Assembly (NCBI GenBank): GCA_964499095.1
Contig: CAZCJF010000004.1
Coordinates: 22,207-86,206 of the forward strand
Reading direction: 5' to 3'
Length of the DNA: 64,000 nt
DNA from: an uncultured Ignavibacteriaceae bacterium
GTDB lineage: Bacteria; Bacteroidota; Ignavibacteria; Ignavibacteriales; Ignavibacteriaceae
In this document: piece by piece, positions 1 to 10,554 of the stretch
Layout: the number at the start of each line of letters is the position of its first letter
How positions within the stretch are numbered: position 1 is the stretch's first letter
Notes under the pieces: model-generated
Seen by the model: only the letters and a program-made list of their open reading frames with translations
What the model was told of the DNA's origin: nothing
The model's database searches: none
Position numbers and translations under genes: made by a program

Positions 1-2
1 TC

Positions 3-1199
3 GATTCAAAGATTCAAAGATTAAGTTCTCTTTTCGAGCTGAGCAAAGAGTTCGGACTTTTTTCAGAATCAACAAAAGTTACAAGACTATTAATATTTTC
101 TCTTATCGGTCAGTTTCTGGTTCAGAAATATGCGTTGTTAAGGTTTGAAGGAAATGATATCGAAGTGATTGAACCAAAATTACCCGTTGATGAATTATTA
201 AAAAATATCCGAAGCATTGATTATTATAATATTGAAACCTCGCTTAACAAAGAACAGATTGCATTGTTGTATCCCGGGCTTTACGATATGGGCATCGAAG
301 TAATTGTTCCGATGCAGCTGCAGGGTAAAACAAAGGGATTAATAATCCTTGGTAAACGATTTAACAATATCGAATACAAAGATGCTGATATTGAATACAT
401 TTTTTCGGTGGGAAGCCTTGCAATTATTTCTCTTGAGAACAGAAGATTGTTCAGAGAAGCTTTGGAAAAACAGAAAATGGAAGAGGAACTTGATCTTGCA
501 AGAGAAATCCAGAGAAATCTGTTGCCGCAAAAAATTCCTGCTTACAATAACTTTGATATCGCTGCAATAAATCTTTCAAGTAAACAGGTTGGTGGTGATT
601 ATTATGATATTATCCAATTAGAAGATGGGAAATGCTGCATCGCAATTGCAGATGTATCGGGTAAAGGAGTACCTGCTGCGTTACTGATGGCAAATATGCA
701 GGCATTTTTACAGGTGATCTGTAGACAAAATATTTCTTTGGATCTTGCAACAGAGTTGATTAATGATTTAATCACTCAAAATACTTCCGATGGAAAGTTT
801 ATTACTTTCTTTTGGGGGATACTGAATGATATAAATAAATCATTTAAGTATGTTAATGCAGGTCACAATCCACCGCTTTTAATCAGAGATGGAAAAATTA
901 TTAAGCTTGAAATTGGCGGAATGATTTTAGGCGTAATGAAAACTTTGTATCCTTACAGGTCCGAATCTCTCGAACTAAAAAAAGATGATGTGATAATACT
1001 TTTTACAGATGGCATTTCCGAAGCTATGAATAAAAACGGAGAGGAGTTCACGGATGCAAGGTTGGAAGAGCTTGCATTAAATGCTGCATCTAAGTCTGCA
1101 GAAAGTATAATGGAAAAAATTAAATCTGAAGTTCAATCTTTTTCTGAAGGAACTACTCAATCTGATGATATGACATTGGTTGTAATAAAAGTAAAATAA
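3..1199 (+). CDS. GAF-like + PP2C (SpoIIE/RsbU-type) serine/threonine phosphatase; 5' end cut by window edge
   Basis: The frame is open from nt 3 into the listed ORF 135..1199 (DSKIQRLSSLFELSKEF...), so the gene starts upstream of the window. PP2C motifs VGGDYYD, ADVSGKG, FTDGISEA, SDDMTLVVIKV. Confidence 0.85.
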   Translation, partial: DSKIQRLSSLFELSKEFGLFSESTKVTRLLIFSLIGQFLVQKYALLRFEGNDIEVIEPKLPVDELLKNIRSIDYYNIETSLNKEQIALLYPGLYDMGIEVIVPMQLQGKTKGLIILGKRFNNIEYKDADIEYIFSVGSLAIISLENRRLFREALEKQKMEEELDLAREIQRNLLPQKIPAYNNFDIAAINLSSKQVGGDYYDIIQLEDGKCCIAIADVSGKGVPAALLMANMQAFLQVICRQNISLDLATELINDLITQNTSDGKFITFFWGILNDINKSFKYVNAGHNPPLLIRDGKIIKLEIGGMILGVMKTLYPYRSESLELKKDDVIILFTDGISEAMNKNGEEFTDARLEELALNAASKSAESIMEKIKSEVQSFSEGTTQSDDMTLVVIKVK

Positions 1200-1226
1200 A
1201 AAATAAGTATTAAGTAAAGCACAGCA

Positions 1227-3785
1227 ATGAACAACATTAGAAGATTATTTCTTAAACATAAGTCGGATTTGATTGCAGCACTGACAATTATTTTGATTGT
1301 TACTGCAGTCGTAAGTATCTACTTTTCATTGGAAGTGCGTGTACAATCTAATGATGAGTGTTTGTGGGTGCAATCAAAGGATATGGCTGACAGCACAAAA
1401 ATAGAGTTTGATCTTGTTAAAGTTGGCGGTGTAGCCTGGAATGCTGGAATTAGAAATGGTGATGAACTTATTGGCATAAATGGGAATAAAGTAAAAAACA
1501 CTATTCAGGCTCAGCTTATACTGGATGAAGTAAAAGGTGGTGAGTTCGCTGATTATGAAGTGAGAAAACCAAATGGTGAAATTCTCAATACAAAAGTTTA
1601 CGTAAAGAAATTAATTCAGTTTGGTAACCTTGCGCAGGCTATAAGTGCTCTTATCTGGATACTTATTGGTTATATCGTTTACACAGCTAAACCAGATGGA
1701 TTGCCGCAAAAATTATTTTACTCTTTAGCTGTGTTTATCGTTTTATCCAACATTGGAATTTTGTTCCCGTTTGGATTGTACTTCCGGATTTTTGTTTTGG
1801 AAAGACCAACTACAGCTATCATTTCGGGTGCACTTTTAGTTATAAGTCAGGTTTTAGCTCCATTGATTCTTCTCTATTTTGTCTGGACTTTCCCCAAACC
1901 ATTTGAGTTTGCAAAAAAGGAATTCGTCAAAATTATTTTTATTGCAATAGCTGTAATAAGCAGTTTAACAGGAATTGGAGTTCTGATTTCACTTTATGTT
2001 ACTGAGTTTAATTCATTTCCAATTTATGCCAGATACAGGCAAGTAATTGGAATAATATTAAATGTAATTTATCTGATTATATGGATTTCACTCTTCATTC
2101 AATTCATTCGGGAGAAAGATAAAGAAAAGAAGAAACCAATTCTTTTACTTTTCATTGGTTTTACACTCGGAGTTGTGATTCAATTTTATACCAGCACTAT
2201 TGCTCCTGCAATTTCTGATACAATTTTTAATTCACCTGAGTATTATATGCCGATAATACTTATGGTGTTTATTCCGATAATCTTTGCTTATGCAATTCTA
2301 AAATACAATTTGCTGGATGTTAGCATCGTTGTGCGCAATACAATTATTTATGGAACAGCAATGGCTACGGTTGCCGGAATTTACTTTTTAGTAGTTTATG
2401 TACTTGGGCAAAGTATCAGCTCATTTTTAGGAGCCGAAAACCAGGGGATAATTGCCGGAATATTTTTTCTTGTTTTTGCGTTTATCTTTCAATCAACTAA
2501 AGACAGATTTCAGGATTTTCTTACAAGAAAGTTTTATCCCGAACAATCAGCTTACCAAAAAGTATTAATTCAGTTTAGTAACGAAGTATCTACAGTTGTT
2601 GGAAAAGAGAAAATTTTAGATTTAACGAGTAATACATTCGTGGATGCACTAAAAATTGATAAGTTCGGAATACTGCTGCACGATTATAAGAGAGATATTT
2701 TATATCTGGCACGAGGAGTTGGATTTTCAAATCAGGATTGCACAATAGAAAAATCTAATATGCTTCCGATAATTAGGGAAAAATCTCTTGTTACAAAATA
2801 TCCGGTAATTGAACAGCAGGATTTTGAAATAACATTCCCCGGTAAATCTGATAGATTGATTGAAGAAGGCATTCAATCTGTTTTCCCGATGATAGTCAAA
2901 TCAAAAGTTGTTGGTGCCTTGCTCTTCGGATTAAAGCATTCAGGATCAAAATTTGGAGGTAAAGATCTTGAACTGCTTAATGCAGCAGCTAATCAACTTG
3001 CTGTAGCTATTGAAAATGCCAGATTGTACAAAGCAGAGACTGAAAAGATAAAAATTGAACGTGACCTTGATGTTGCAAGAAAAATTCAGCAGACATTACT
3101 GCCTAAATGTATTCCATCAATCAATGGTTTGGATATCTGCGGCGAAATGATTCCCGCAATGCAGGTTGGCGGAGATTATTTTGATTTAATTCAAGCTGAA
3201 GACAATAAATTATTTGTTGCTGTTGGAGATGTGTCGGGTAAAGGATTATCTGCATCTTTGTATATGACCAAGCTGCAAACAATGATTCAACTTGCCTGCA
3301 AGAACAGCACTAATCTAAAAGAAATTCTGATAGAGGTAAACAAAAGATTATATGAATCAATAGACAGAAACTGGTTTATCACTATGACGCTGGCATTGTT
3401 TGATACTCAAAAAAGAACAGTTAAGTTTTGCAGAGCAGGGCATATGCCTGTTGTGATTTCCTTTAATGGAAATGTTGAATCAGTTAAAACATCAGGTATG
3501 GGGCTTGGTTTAGAGAAAGGTGAAATTTTTGAAAGAACTCTTGAAGAAATCGAACTTGAATATAAATCCGGACAAATATTTTCTTTCTTTTCAGATGGAA
3601 TTACAGAAGCTATGAATGAAAACGAGGAGTTTTTTGGAGAAGAAAAACTGATGCAGATTTTAAAGGGAAAGTCATCGCAGCCATCACTATCAATAATGCA
3701 GACAGTTTGGGATGAAGTAAAAACTTTCAGAGGTAAAGCCAAACCAAACGACGATATGACTATGGTAATTGTGAAGGTTCAATAA
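1227..3785 (+). CDS. Membrane sensor phosphatase: TM, PDZ-like segment, about 9 TM helices, GAF-like region, PP2C (SpoIIE-type)
   Basis: 852 aa. Hydrophobic helix at aa ~15-35, PDZ-like segment (GIRNGDELIGINGNKV), polytopic block at aa ~135-440, then a GAF-like region. PP2C motifs VGGDYFD, GDVSGKG, FSDGITEA, NDDMTMVIVKV. Starts 27 nt after the previous gene. Confidence 0.8.
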   Translation: MNNIRRLFLKHKSDLIAALTIILIVTAVVSIYFSLEVRVQSNDECLWVQSKDMADSTKIEFDLVKVGGVAWNAGIRNGDELIGINGNKVKNTIQAQLILDEVKGGEFADYEVRKPNGEILNTKVYVKKLIQFGNLAQAISALIWILIGYIVYTAKPDGLPQKLFYSLAVFIVLSNIGILFPFGLYFRIFVLERPTTAIISGALLVISQVLAPLILLYFVWTFPKPFEFAKKEFVKIIFIAIAVISSLTGIGVLISLYVTEFNSFPIYARYRQVIGIILNVIYLIIWISLFIQFIREKDKEKKKPILLLFIGFTLGVVIQFYTSTIAPAISDTIFNSPEYYMPIILMVFIPIIFAYAILKYNLLDVSIVVRNTIIYGTAMATVAGIYFLVVYVLGQSISSFLGAENQGIIAGIFFLVFAFIFQSTKDRFQDFLTRKFYPEQSAYQKVLIQFSNEVSTVVGKEKILDLTSNTFVDALKIDKFGILLHDYKRDILYLARGVGFSNQDCTIEKSNMLPIIREKSLVTKYPVIEQQDFEITFPGKSDRLIEEGIQSVFPMIVKSKVVGALLFGLKHSGSKFGGKDLELLNAAANQLAVAIENARLYKAETEKIKIERDLDVARKIQQTLLPKCIPSINGLDICGEMIPAMQVGGDYFDLIQAEDNKLFVAVGDVSGKGLSASLYMTKLQTMIQLACKNSTNLKEILIEVNKRLYESIDRNWFITMTLALFDTQKRTVKFCRAGHMPVVISFNGNVESVKTSGMGLGLEKGEIFERTLEEIELEYKSGQIFSFFSDGITEAMNENEEFFGEEKLMQILKGKSSQPSLSIMQTVWDEVKTFRGKAKPNDDMTMVIVKVQ

Positions 3786-3812
3786 AAAAGCCCAACAGAG
3801 TCGGGCTTTTTT
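3785..3812. terminator. Hairpin flanked by A-run and T-run between convergent genes (possible bidirectional terminator)
   Basis: aaaaagccc-aacagagtc-gggcttttt. GC core stem (gccc/gggc) with flanking A and T tracts, between the PP2C stop and the FAS1 gene stop. Confidence 0.55.
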
Positions 3813-3827
3813 ATTATCTGAAATTTC

Positions 3828-4397
3828 TTAAGGAAGTAATACTTTATCAATTACGTGAATTGTACCATTCTGTGCTCTTAAATCAACTGCCAAAATATTT
3901 GCATAACCATTTGTTTCATTTCCAACTTTTGCCACTCCATCTTCAACTTTTGAGTAAATGAATTGTTTTAATAAGGTATTTACTCTGCCGGAGCTTACAA
4001 CATTTCTTGAATTCTTATTACCCGGAGATACATGATATAACAATACATTGGTAACTAATTCTTTATTTTCAGGCACTAAAAGATCAGCTACATTTTCTAA
4101 TCCTAAAGCATCTGCTAAATCTTCGAAAGCCTTATCTGTTGGAGCAAATACAGTGAATTGTCTGTTTCCGCTTAAAACATCCACTAAACCGGCAAACTGA
4201 ACTGCAGCTACAAGATATTTAAAATCAGGATTTGAAGCGGCAATATCTACTATGGTATTACCACCACCAGGTCTTTTATCTAATGAGATTTGAGAGTTTT
4301 CACTTGAAACAGGGTTGGAAACTGAACTATCGGAACATCCAACAAAGGAGATTGACACTAAAGCGAGAACTAAGAGAGAACCAAGAAACTTTTTCAT
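3828..4397 (-). CDS. Fasciclin (FAS1) domain lipoprotein
   Basis: Start chosen at MKKFLGSLLVLALVSISFVGC (lipobox-like signal, GAGGTG upstream) rather than the longer track ORF. FAS1-like motifs TVFAPTDKAF and NGTIHVIDKVLLP. Confidence 0.8.
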   Translation of the reverse strand: MKKFLGSLLVLALVSISFVGCSDSSVSNPVSSENSQISLDKRPGGGNTIVDIAASNPDFKYLVAAVQFAGLVDVLSGNRQFTVFAPTDKAFEDLADALGLENVADLLVPENKELVTNVLLYHVSPGNKNSRNVVSSGRVNTLLKQFIYSKVEDGVAKVGNETNGYANILAVDLRAQNGTIHVIDKVLLP

Positions 4398-4503
4398 TTT
4401 GCACCTCATATAATTTATTTGATAATTGATTACAATTTGATAAACCATAATCAGGTAATTTTAGTTCCCGGAAATTTTAGGGGCAGGGGCTTTAAAAACA
4501 AAA

Positions 4504-4526
4504 AGCCGATGATTTTTTCATCGGCT
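4504..4526 (-). terminator. Rho-independent terminator downstream of secF
   Basis: agccgatga-ttttt-tcatcggct, a 9-bp stem. On the minus strand it is followed by ctttttgttttt. Confidence 0.7.
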
Positions 4527-4547
4527 TAGTAGAAAACGTTTTAACTA

Positions 4548-5690
4548 TTACGAAAACTGAACTTTTTTCTTTCTGCGCTCTGCATATTCAAGCACAAATG
4601 CACTTGCTACGAAAATTGAAGAGTATGTTCCGATTATAATACCAAATAGTAATGTGAATGCGAATGCACGTAAAACATCACCACCCAATAATAAGAGAAC
4701 AAAAACCGCAAGCAATGTTGTAAAAGCAGTAATAATTGTTCTGCTCATTGTCTGATTAATGCTTTTGTTGATAACCTCTAGTAGTGGCATTGTTTTATGT
4801 ATCTTTAGATTTTCTCTGACGCGGTCAAAAACTATAACTGTGTCGTTTATCGAGTAACCAACCAAAGTTAAAAATGCAGCTACAATAGACAAATCAATAT
4901 CAAGGTTTAATCCAGGAATTACTCCATAAAGAGCGGCGTACAAACCAAGAGTAATCAACACATCGTGGAAGAGTGCTGCAACTGCACCCACAGCAAATAC
5001 AAATTTGAATCTGAAGCCGAGGTAAATTAAAATTACAACGAGTGATAACAATACAGCAATCACAGCATCTCGTTTAAGTTCATCACCAACTTTAGGTCCG
5101 ACACGATCCTCTTTAACTATGGAAAAATTATTATCCTTAATTTTTTCTTTCAGATTTTGTTTTATCCAATCTGCAATACCAACACTTACATCTATTTGCT
5201 TATTATCAGGTTCTTCAGAAACTTTACTGGTTTGATAACCTGCTGCAAATAATTTTTCAACGATTATATTTGTTGTGTCCGGGTTTGAAAATGAATACGT
5301 AATTGAAGTAGGTGTTTTTTCAACTACAGTATAGCTTACTCCCGGAATGATTTTATTCATTTCAGCTTCAATTGCTTCCACAACTTTTGGATAAACATCT
5401 GATGGCACCTGCTGCAGTTCAGTTCTGATTAAAGCTCCGGTTTCACCGCCAAAAGTTCTTACTTCTACATTGCCGAGTCCAATGTTTTCTATATTCTTTC
5501 TTATTTCTGCAATGTCAATTTGCTTTTCAAACTGGAAAACAATTTCAGAACCGCCTTTAAAATCGATACCAAAGCTTAATCCTCTGAAAATAATATTCAG
5601 AAGACCAATTAAAAATAGAACAGCAGAAAAACCATAAAAGAATTTTCGCTTGCCTAAAAAATCAACGTTTAAATTATGAAATATGCGCAT
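4548..5690 (-). CDS. secF: Protein translocase subunit SecF
   Basis: 380 aa. N-terminal TM, a periplasmic loop, and a C-terminal 5-TM SecD/SecF block (LGFRFKF..., INDTVIVFDRVRE). Lies immediately downstream of secD. Confidence 0.9.
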   Translation of the reverse strand: MRIFHNLNVDFLGKRKFFYGFSAVLFLIGLLNIIFRGLSFGIDFKGGSEIVFQFEKQIDIAEIRKNIENIGLGNVEVRTFGGETGALIRTELQQVPSDVYPKVVEAIEAEMNKIIPGVSYTVVEKTPTSITYSFSNPDTTNIIVEKLFAAGYQTSKVSEEPDNKQIDVSVGIADWIKQNLKEKIKDNNFSIVKEDRVGPKVGDELKRDAVIAVLLSLVVILIYLGFRFKFVFAVGAVAALFHDVLITLGLYAALYGVIPGLNLDIDLSIVAAFLTLVGYSINDTVIVFDRVRENLKIHKTMPLLEVINKSINQTMSRTIITAFTTLLAVFVLLLLGGDVLRAFAFTLLFGIIIGTYSSIFVASAFVLEYAERRKKKVQFS

Positions 5691-5716
5691 TTGTAAAATA
5701 ACTCCTAATAAAAATT

Positions 5717-7633
5717 TTAACCTACATTTATTTTAGCGCCTTTTGCTACGAGGACATCTAAAACCAATCTTGTAATTACAAGGGCACCAAATAATGTTGC
5801 CGCAATACCAATCATAAGTGTTAGAGCAAATCCCTGCACAGGTCCGGTTCCAAACTGGTAAAGAATAATTCCCGTAAAGAATGTTGTGATGTTGGAATCA
5901 ATAATTGCTGAGTATGCTCTTGCAAAACCGCTATCAACTGAAGCTTTATTTGTTTTGCCTGTTGCCATTTCTTCCCTTATTCTTTCAAAGATCAGAACGT
6001 TAGCATCCACTGCCATACCTATTGTTAAAACGATACCAGCGATACCGGGGAGAGTTAAAGTTGCCTGAAATCCGGCAAGCACACCAAGTATAAATAATAT
6101 AACCAGAACCAGGGTTAAAGCAGAAACTGTTCCGGCTTGTCGGTAATAGAGTATCATAAATAATCCTACAGCAATATATCCTATCAAAGCTGAGCTTAAT
6201 CCACTTGCAACAGAATCCTGTCCTAAAGAGGGACCGACAATTCTTTCTTCAATTATATCAACGGGAGCCGGTAAAGCACCAGCCTTCAAAACTATCTCAA
6301 GTAATTTTGCCTCGTCAAGGTTTTCCATCCCCTCAATCTGAGAACGACCACCAGGAATTTTACCTCTAACGCTGGGGGCAGAGAACACGACTCCATCGAG
6401 CATTATCGCAATTCTCTTACCAATGTTAGCGCCTGTTATTCTTGCCCAATCAGTTGCACCTTCAGAGTTCATTTCCATGCTTACAATAGGTGCAGAAGTG
6501 TTGGGATCAAGATTTGCCATCGCATTTGTTACAACTCCGCCGGTTAATTCCGGTGCTTTATTAACAAGATACATTATGTAAATACTCTTGCCATCCTGAG
6601 AGGTTATCGGTTTAGCGCTGAATACAAACTCTACGTTATCCGGAATAACTTTTTGAACTTCCGGGAGAGTGAACCAATACTGGATTTTATTTCTATCTTC
6701 AGCACTTACATAAGCATCAGCATAAGGACTTTGTGGGTTTAACACAGCAGCTGTAAAAAATGGATGTTGTGCTTTAAATTCTTCTTCGCTTAATTGTTTT
6801 GTTGTATCCTGGGCTGAGGTTGTATCAGTTGTCTTAGCTTCTGCAATTGTAGAATCTACGATGCCTGATTTAGTTCTTTTTGCTAATACATCGTCAATTC
6901 TTTGCATAATAGGAAATGAAAATTCTGCATCTCTCACAAGTCTGAATTCAAGTAAAGCTGTTCCTTGCAAAAGTTGTTTTGCTTCCTCTTCTTTTGCAAC
7001 ACCGGGTAATTCAACAATTATTCTTCTGCTTCCTTGTCGTGATATTGAAGGCTCGGATACACCGTATTGATCAACACGATTTCTTATGATTTCCATCGCG
7101 CGATTAACTGCATCTTCCGCAGATTTCTTCAGATCACTGATAATTTCTGCATCATCCTGGCGGATTGTTCCATAGTATCTGCTAAGTCTGATTCCTCTTT
7201 CCTGAAATTTTCTTCCGACAATGTCAACAACAGATTCGTCGGTTCTTTCAGCTTCCTTTTCAGCTTCAGCTAAAACTTTTTTAAATACATCATCTGGATT
7301 ATTGGCAATCTTTTCAAGAAGCTTTCCGGTATTAACTTCAAGAACTACGCGCATACCGCCCTGCAAATCCAAACCAAGTTTCATTCGCTTTTTTCTGGCT
7401 TCCAGAATAGAAGGGTCCGCAGCTTTTATGCTGTCTTCAACCAAAGTGATTCTTCGGTTTAATTGATCTTTGGTGATTTCCGGATTCTGTTTTTTGAATT
7501 CCTCTTGTTTAGATTGGAGAATAGACTGTAGCGATTTATTGTTCTGATAATCCTGATAAGTAGGGTATAACAAATAAATACTCAGCAGTATCGCAGCAAG
7601 GATCAAAATGATCTTAAATCTAAATTCTTTCAT
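5717..7633 (-). CDS. secD: Protein translocase subunit SecD
   Basis: 638 aa. N-terminal TM, a large periplasmic domain (LGLDLQGGMRVVLEV), and C-terminal TM block (MAVDANVLIFERIREE). Confidence 0.9.
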   Translation of the reverse strand: MKEFRFKIILILAAILLSIYLLYPTYQDYQNNKSLQSILQSKQEEFKKQNPEITKDQLNRRITLVEDSIKAADPSILEARKKRMKLGLDLQGGMRVVLEVNTGKLLEKIANNPDDVFKKVLAEAEKEAERTDESVVDIVGRKFQERGIRLSRYYGTIRQDDAEIISDLKKSAEDAVNRAMEIIRNRVDQYGVSEPSISRQGSRRIIVELPGVAKEEEAKQLLQGTALLEFRLVRDAEFSFPIMQRIDDVLAKRTKSGIVDSTIAEAKTTDTTSAQDTTKQLSEEEFKAQHPFFTAAVLNPQSPYADAYVSAEDRNKIQYWFTLPEVQKVIPDNVEFVFSAKPITSQDGKSIYIMYLVNKAPELTGGVVTNAMANLDPNTSAPIVSMEMNSEGATDWARITGANIGKRIAIMLDGVVFSAPSVRGKIPGGRSQIEGMENLDEAKLLEIVLKAGALPAPVDIIEERIVGPSLGQDSVASGLSSALIGYIAVGLFMILYYRQAGTVSALTLVLVILFILGVLAGFQATLTLPGIAGIVLTIGMAVDANVLIFERIREEMATGKTNKASVDSGFARAYSAIIDSNITTFFTGIILYQFGTGPVQGFALTLMIGIAATLFGALVITRLVLDVLVAKGAKINVG

Positions 7634-7791
7634 ACTTTTAATTATTTTGTGACAAAAAGGGACTTAAAAAAATTAGCTGTCAAACTTACGGGTAAAGGCT
7701 TAGAAAGTCAATAAAAATTAAGGATTTAGGGCATTGTCCATAAGTGAATTTATGTCCGCTTGATGGTCATTTTTAATTGAAAAACAATCTT

Positions 7792-8613
7792 TTATAATGA
7801 AATGATTATACTTTTTACCAGCCTGGAAAATTTATCTTTAACCAAATTGGCTGTTTCTGTTACTTCTGAGTGTGATAGTTTTTGATTTGAAATTCCTGCT
7901 GCAAAATTGGTAATACAGGAGATTGCCGCTGTTCTAATTCCCAGATATGAAGAGTAAACCGACTCATGAACAGTTGACATTCCGACAGCATCTGCACCAT
8001 ATTTAGAGAAAAATCTTATTTCAGCCGGTGTTTCATAGGTGGGTCCTTTTGCATACCAGTAAATTCCTTCCTTTAACTCAATCTTTTCGTCAGAAGCAGC
8101 TTTTAGAATGATCTGATTAAATTCCGGTGAAGGCAGAGCCAAGAAATTATCTTTACCCTTATGGTTTGTTAATCCTATTAAATCAGTCAATTCTTTTTTA
8201 AGCATTATACCATTAAATGATGTAATCAGCATTAAATCACCGGGAGTAAAATTTTTGTTTATTCCACCGGCAGCATTTGTTAACAGAAGATTTTTTGCAC
8301 CAAGCTTGTAAGAAACTAAAACAGGAATTATACATTCATCAATCTTATATCCTTCATAAAAATGTATTCTTCCCTGGAACAGGATTAATTTTTTATTCAT
8401 GTATTCGGCAAAATGTATTTTACCACTATGTCCCATAACAGTAGATAGAGGATAATCAGGAATTGTTGAAGTTGAGATGGATTTTTTTAAAGTCAATTGT
8501 TCTGCAAAATCACCCAAACCGCTGCCAAGAATTATAGAAATCTCCGGCTCAAATGGAGATTCAGATTGGATAAAATTTATTAGCCTTTTGTATTTAAAAG
8601 ATAAGTCAATCAT
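7792..8613 (-). CDS. Purine nucleoside phosphorylase (trimeric PNP/PunA-type)
   Basis: 273 aa. Motifs GHSGKIHF, LLTNAAGGIN, GPTYETPAE, GMSTVHE. Its ATG shares one nt with the nupC stop (TAATG). Confidence 0.85.
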   Translation of the reverse strand: MIDLSFKYKRLINFIQSESPFEPEISIILGSGLGDFAEQLTLKKSISTSTIPDYPLSTVMGHSGKIHFAEYMNKKLILFQGRIHFYEGYKIDECIIPVLVSYKLGAKNLLLTNAAGGINKNFTPGDLMLITSFNGIMLKKELTDLIGLTNHKGKDNFLALPSPEFNQIILKAASDEKIELKEGIYWYAKGPTYETPAEIRFFSKYGADAVGMSTVHESVYSSYLGIRTAAISCITNFAAGISNQKLSHSEVTETANLVKDKFSRLVKSIIISL

Positions 8614-9971
8614 TAAAATGAAAAGAATAATCCCGCCAGAGTTGCCGTTAATAGAGTTGTTATCACACCGCCAACTACTGCTTTAATTCCAAGTGATGCA
8701 ATATCAGATTTTCTATCCGGTGCGAGTGGTCCTAATCCACCAATCTGAATTGCGATAGAAGAAAAATTAGCAAATCCGCATAAAGCATAAGTTGCCATTA
8801 AGATAGATTTTTCATTGACAAGTTTTCCCACTTCAACAAGTTTACTCATATCAGAATAAGCAACAAACTCATTAAGTACAACTTTAGTACCCAGTAAACT
8901 TCCAAACGTGAGAGAATCCTGCCAGGGAACACCAATTCCGAATGCAACAAACTGTAAAACCAATCCAATTATTAATTGGAAGCTTAATGGTTGACCGAAG
9001 TTTGAAATTAACATTGCATTTAATCCAACCAAATCGCCAAAACCATTTAACAAATAATTGATCAAGGCTATCAGAGCTATGAATGCAATTAACATCGCAC
9101 CAACGTTAAGAGCAAGTTTTAATCCATCAGCCGCACCATTAGCTGCAGCTTCAATTACATTAGCTGAATTTTTTTCAATCGCAACTTTAACTTTTCCTTT
9201 AGTTTCAGATTCGGCAATCTCAGGAATCAAAATTTTACCAATCATCATTGCACCGGGGGCAGCCATAACGCTTGCGCCAAGAAGTTGTGTGGCAAAAATC
9301 TGCTGCGCTTCGATTAAAGGAATGCCGTGTGATGCTGCATAAGAACTGCCTAGCATTTGAATATAGGCAGCCATAACTCCACCCGCGATTGTAGCCATTC
9401 CACCAATCATAATTGTGAGTAACTCGCTTTTAGTCATGCCTTTAATAAATGGTTTTATCATAAGAGGAGCTTCTGTCTGACCAACGAAAATATTTGCCGT
9501 GCAGGAAAGTGATTCGGCACCACTTGTACCCATTACTTTAGCCATCACCCACGCCATAGCCTGCACAATCTTTTGCATCACTCCAAGATAATAAAGAACA
9601 GACATAAGGCTTGCGAAGAAAATTATTGTGGGTAAAACCTGAAAAGCAAAAAAGAAACCAAGATTGCCTTCATTGCCGGGGGATAAAGCAAGATTTCCGA
9701 AAACAAATTTTGCACCTTCTGTTGTAAAATTCAGAATCAATACAAAGACGTAACTTACTCCGTTAAAAAAATCTTTTGGCCAGCCAAGCGGTGCAAAAAA
9801 ATTTCGGAGAGAATCGCCACGAAGAATCAGAATTGCGAAGAATATTTGCAGCGTAAATCCTGAAATTACCAATCTCCAGTTTATTTTTTTCTTATTGTTG
9901 GATAGCAGGAATGATATTCCAATTAAAATTGCAAGTCCTAATATGCCGCGAAAGAAAGATTCAAAATCCAT
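8613..9971 (-). CDS. nupC: NupC/CNT-family concentrative nucleoside transporter
   Basis: Polytopic membrane protein with CNT-like C-terminal region (FANFSSIAIQIGG). Start taken at MDFESFF, whose ATG shares one nt with the tdk stop (TAATG). The track ORF extends 14 codons further. Confidence 0.8.
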   Translation of the reverse strand: MDFESFFRGILGLAILIGISFLLSNNKKKINWRLVISGFTLQIFFAILILRGDSLRNFFAPLGWPKDFFNGVSYVFVLILNFTTEGAKFVFGNLALSPGNEGNLGFFFAFQVLPTIIFFASLMSVLYYLGVMQKIVQAMAWVMAKVMGTSGAESLSCTANIFVGQTEAPLMIKPFIKGMTKSELLTIMIGGMATIAGGVMAAYIQMLGSSYAASHGIPLIEAQQIFATQLLGASVMAAPGAMMIGKILIPEIAESETKGKVKVAIEKNSANVIEAAANGAADGLKLALNVGAMLIAFIALIALINYLLNGFGDLVGLNAMLISNFGQPLSFQLIIGLVLQFVAFGIGVPWQDSLTFGSLLGTKVVLNEFVAYSDMSKLVEVGKLVNEKSILMATYALCGFANFSSIAIQIGGLGPLAPDRKSDIASLGIKAVVGGVITTLLTATLAGLFFSF

Positions 9972-10552
9972 TAGGCGTTCTCTTCTGATGGAATATAATG
10001 ACACTTGCGGCATCGAGCTTCGTAAACATCTGCCGCTCCCACAACAACTCTTTCTGAAGATGAGGTTTTTCTTTGTGTTCTGTCTGCAGGATTACCGCAT
10101 ACAACACAAATCGCTAATGATTTTGTAATGTACTCCGCAACAGATAGAAGCTGTGGAATGGGTTCGAAGGGCATTCCTTTGTAATCCATATCCAATCCTG
10201 CAACTATTACACGTTTTCCTTCATCTGCAAGTTTATTACAAACACTAATCAAATCGTTTGAGAAAAACTGAGCTTCATCTATGCCTATTACCTGAGCATC
10301 CTCGACCAAATCGAGTATTTCAGTAACATCTTTTATCAAGATAGAAGGCAGAGACTGCTCACTGTGAGAGACGATTGAGTTGCTTGAATATCTTGTATCA
10401 ATAATTGGTTTAAAGATTACAACTTTTTGTTTCGCAATTTTTGCCCGGCGTAATCTGCGGATTAATTCTTCAGTTTTACCGCTGAACATGCAACCTGTTA
10501 TCACTTCTATCCAGCCGGTTTCTTTTGGTACTGCGTGTGGAGTTGGTTCCAT
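9971..10552 (-). CDS. tdk: Thymidine kinase
   Basis: 193 aa. P-loop [20 protein letters not shown], and C-terminal zinc cysteines CVVCG...CRKC. Confidence 0.92.
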   Translation of the reverse strand: MEPTPHAVPKETGWIEVITGCMFSGKTEELIRRLRRAKIAKQKVVIFKPIIDTRYSSNSIVSHSEQSLPSILIKDVTEILDLVEDAQVIGIDEAQFFSNDLISVCNKLADEGKRVIVAGLDMDYKGMPFEPIPQLLSVAEYITKSLAICVVCGNPADRTQRKTSSSERVVVGAADVYEARCRKCHYIPSEENA

Positions 10553-10554
10553 AT

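Noticed and set aside
9972-10013. N-terminal extensions in the ORF track for nupC (to 10013), cdd (to 11007), the FAS1 lipoprotein (to 4448), the PCD gene (from 19496), the SDR (from 30967), the M16 beta-like subunit (to 36053) and the floA-downstream protein (to 15636).
   Set aside because: Internal starts give family-typical lengths or signal peptides, and they remove long overlaps with upstream genes. The extended versions are probably artefacts of longest-ORF calling. Start sites remain unverified.
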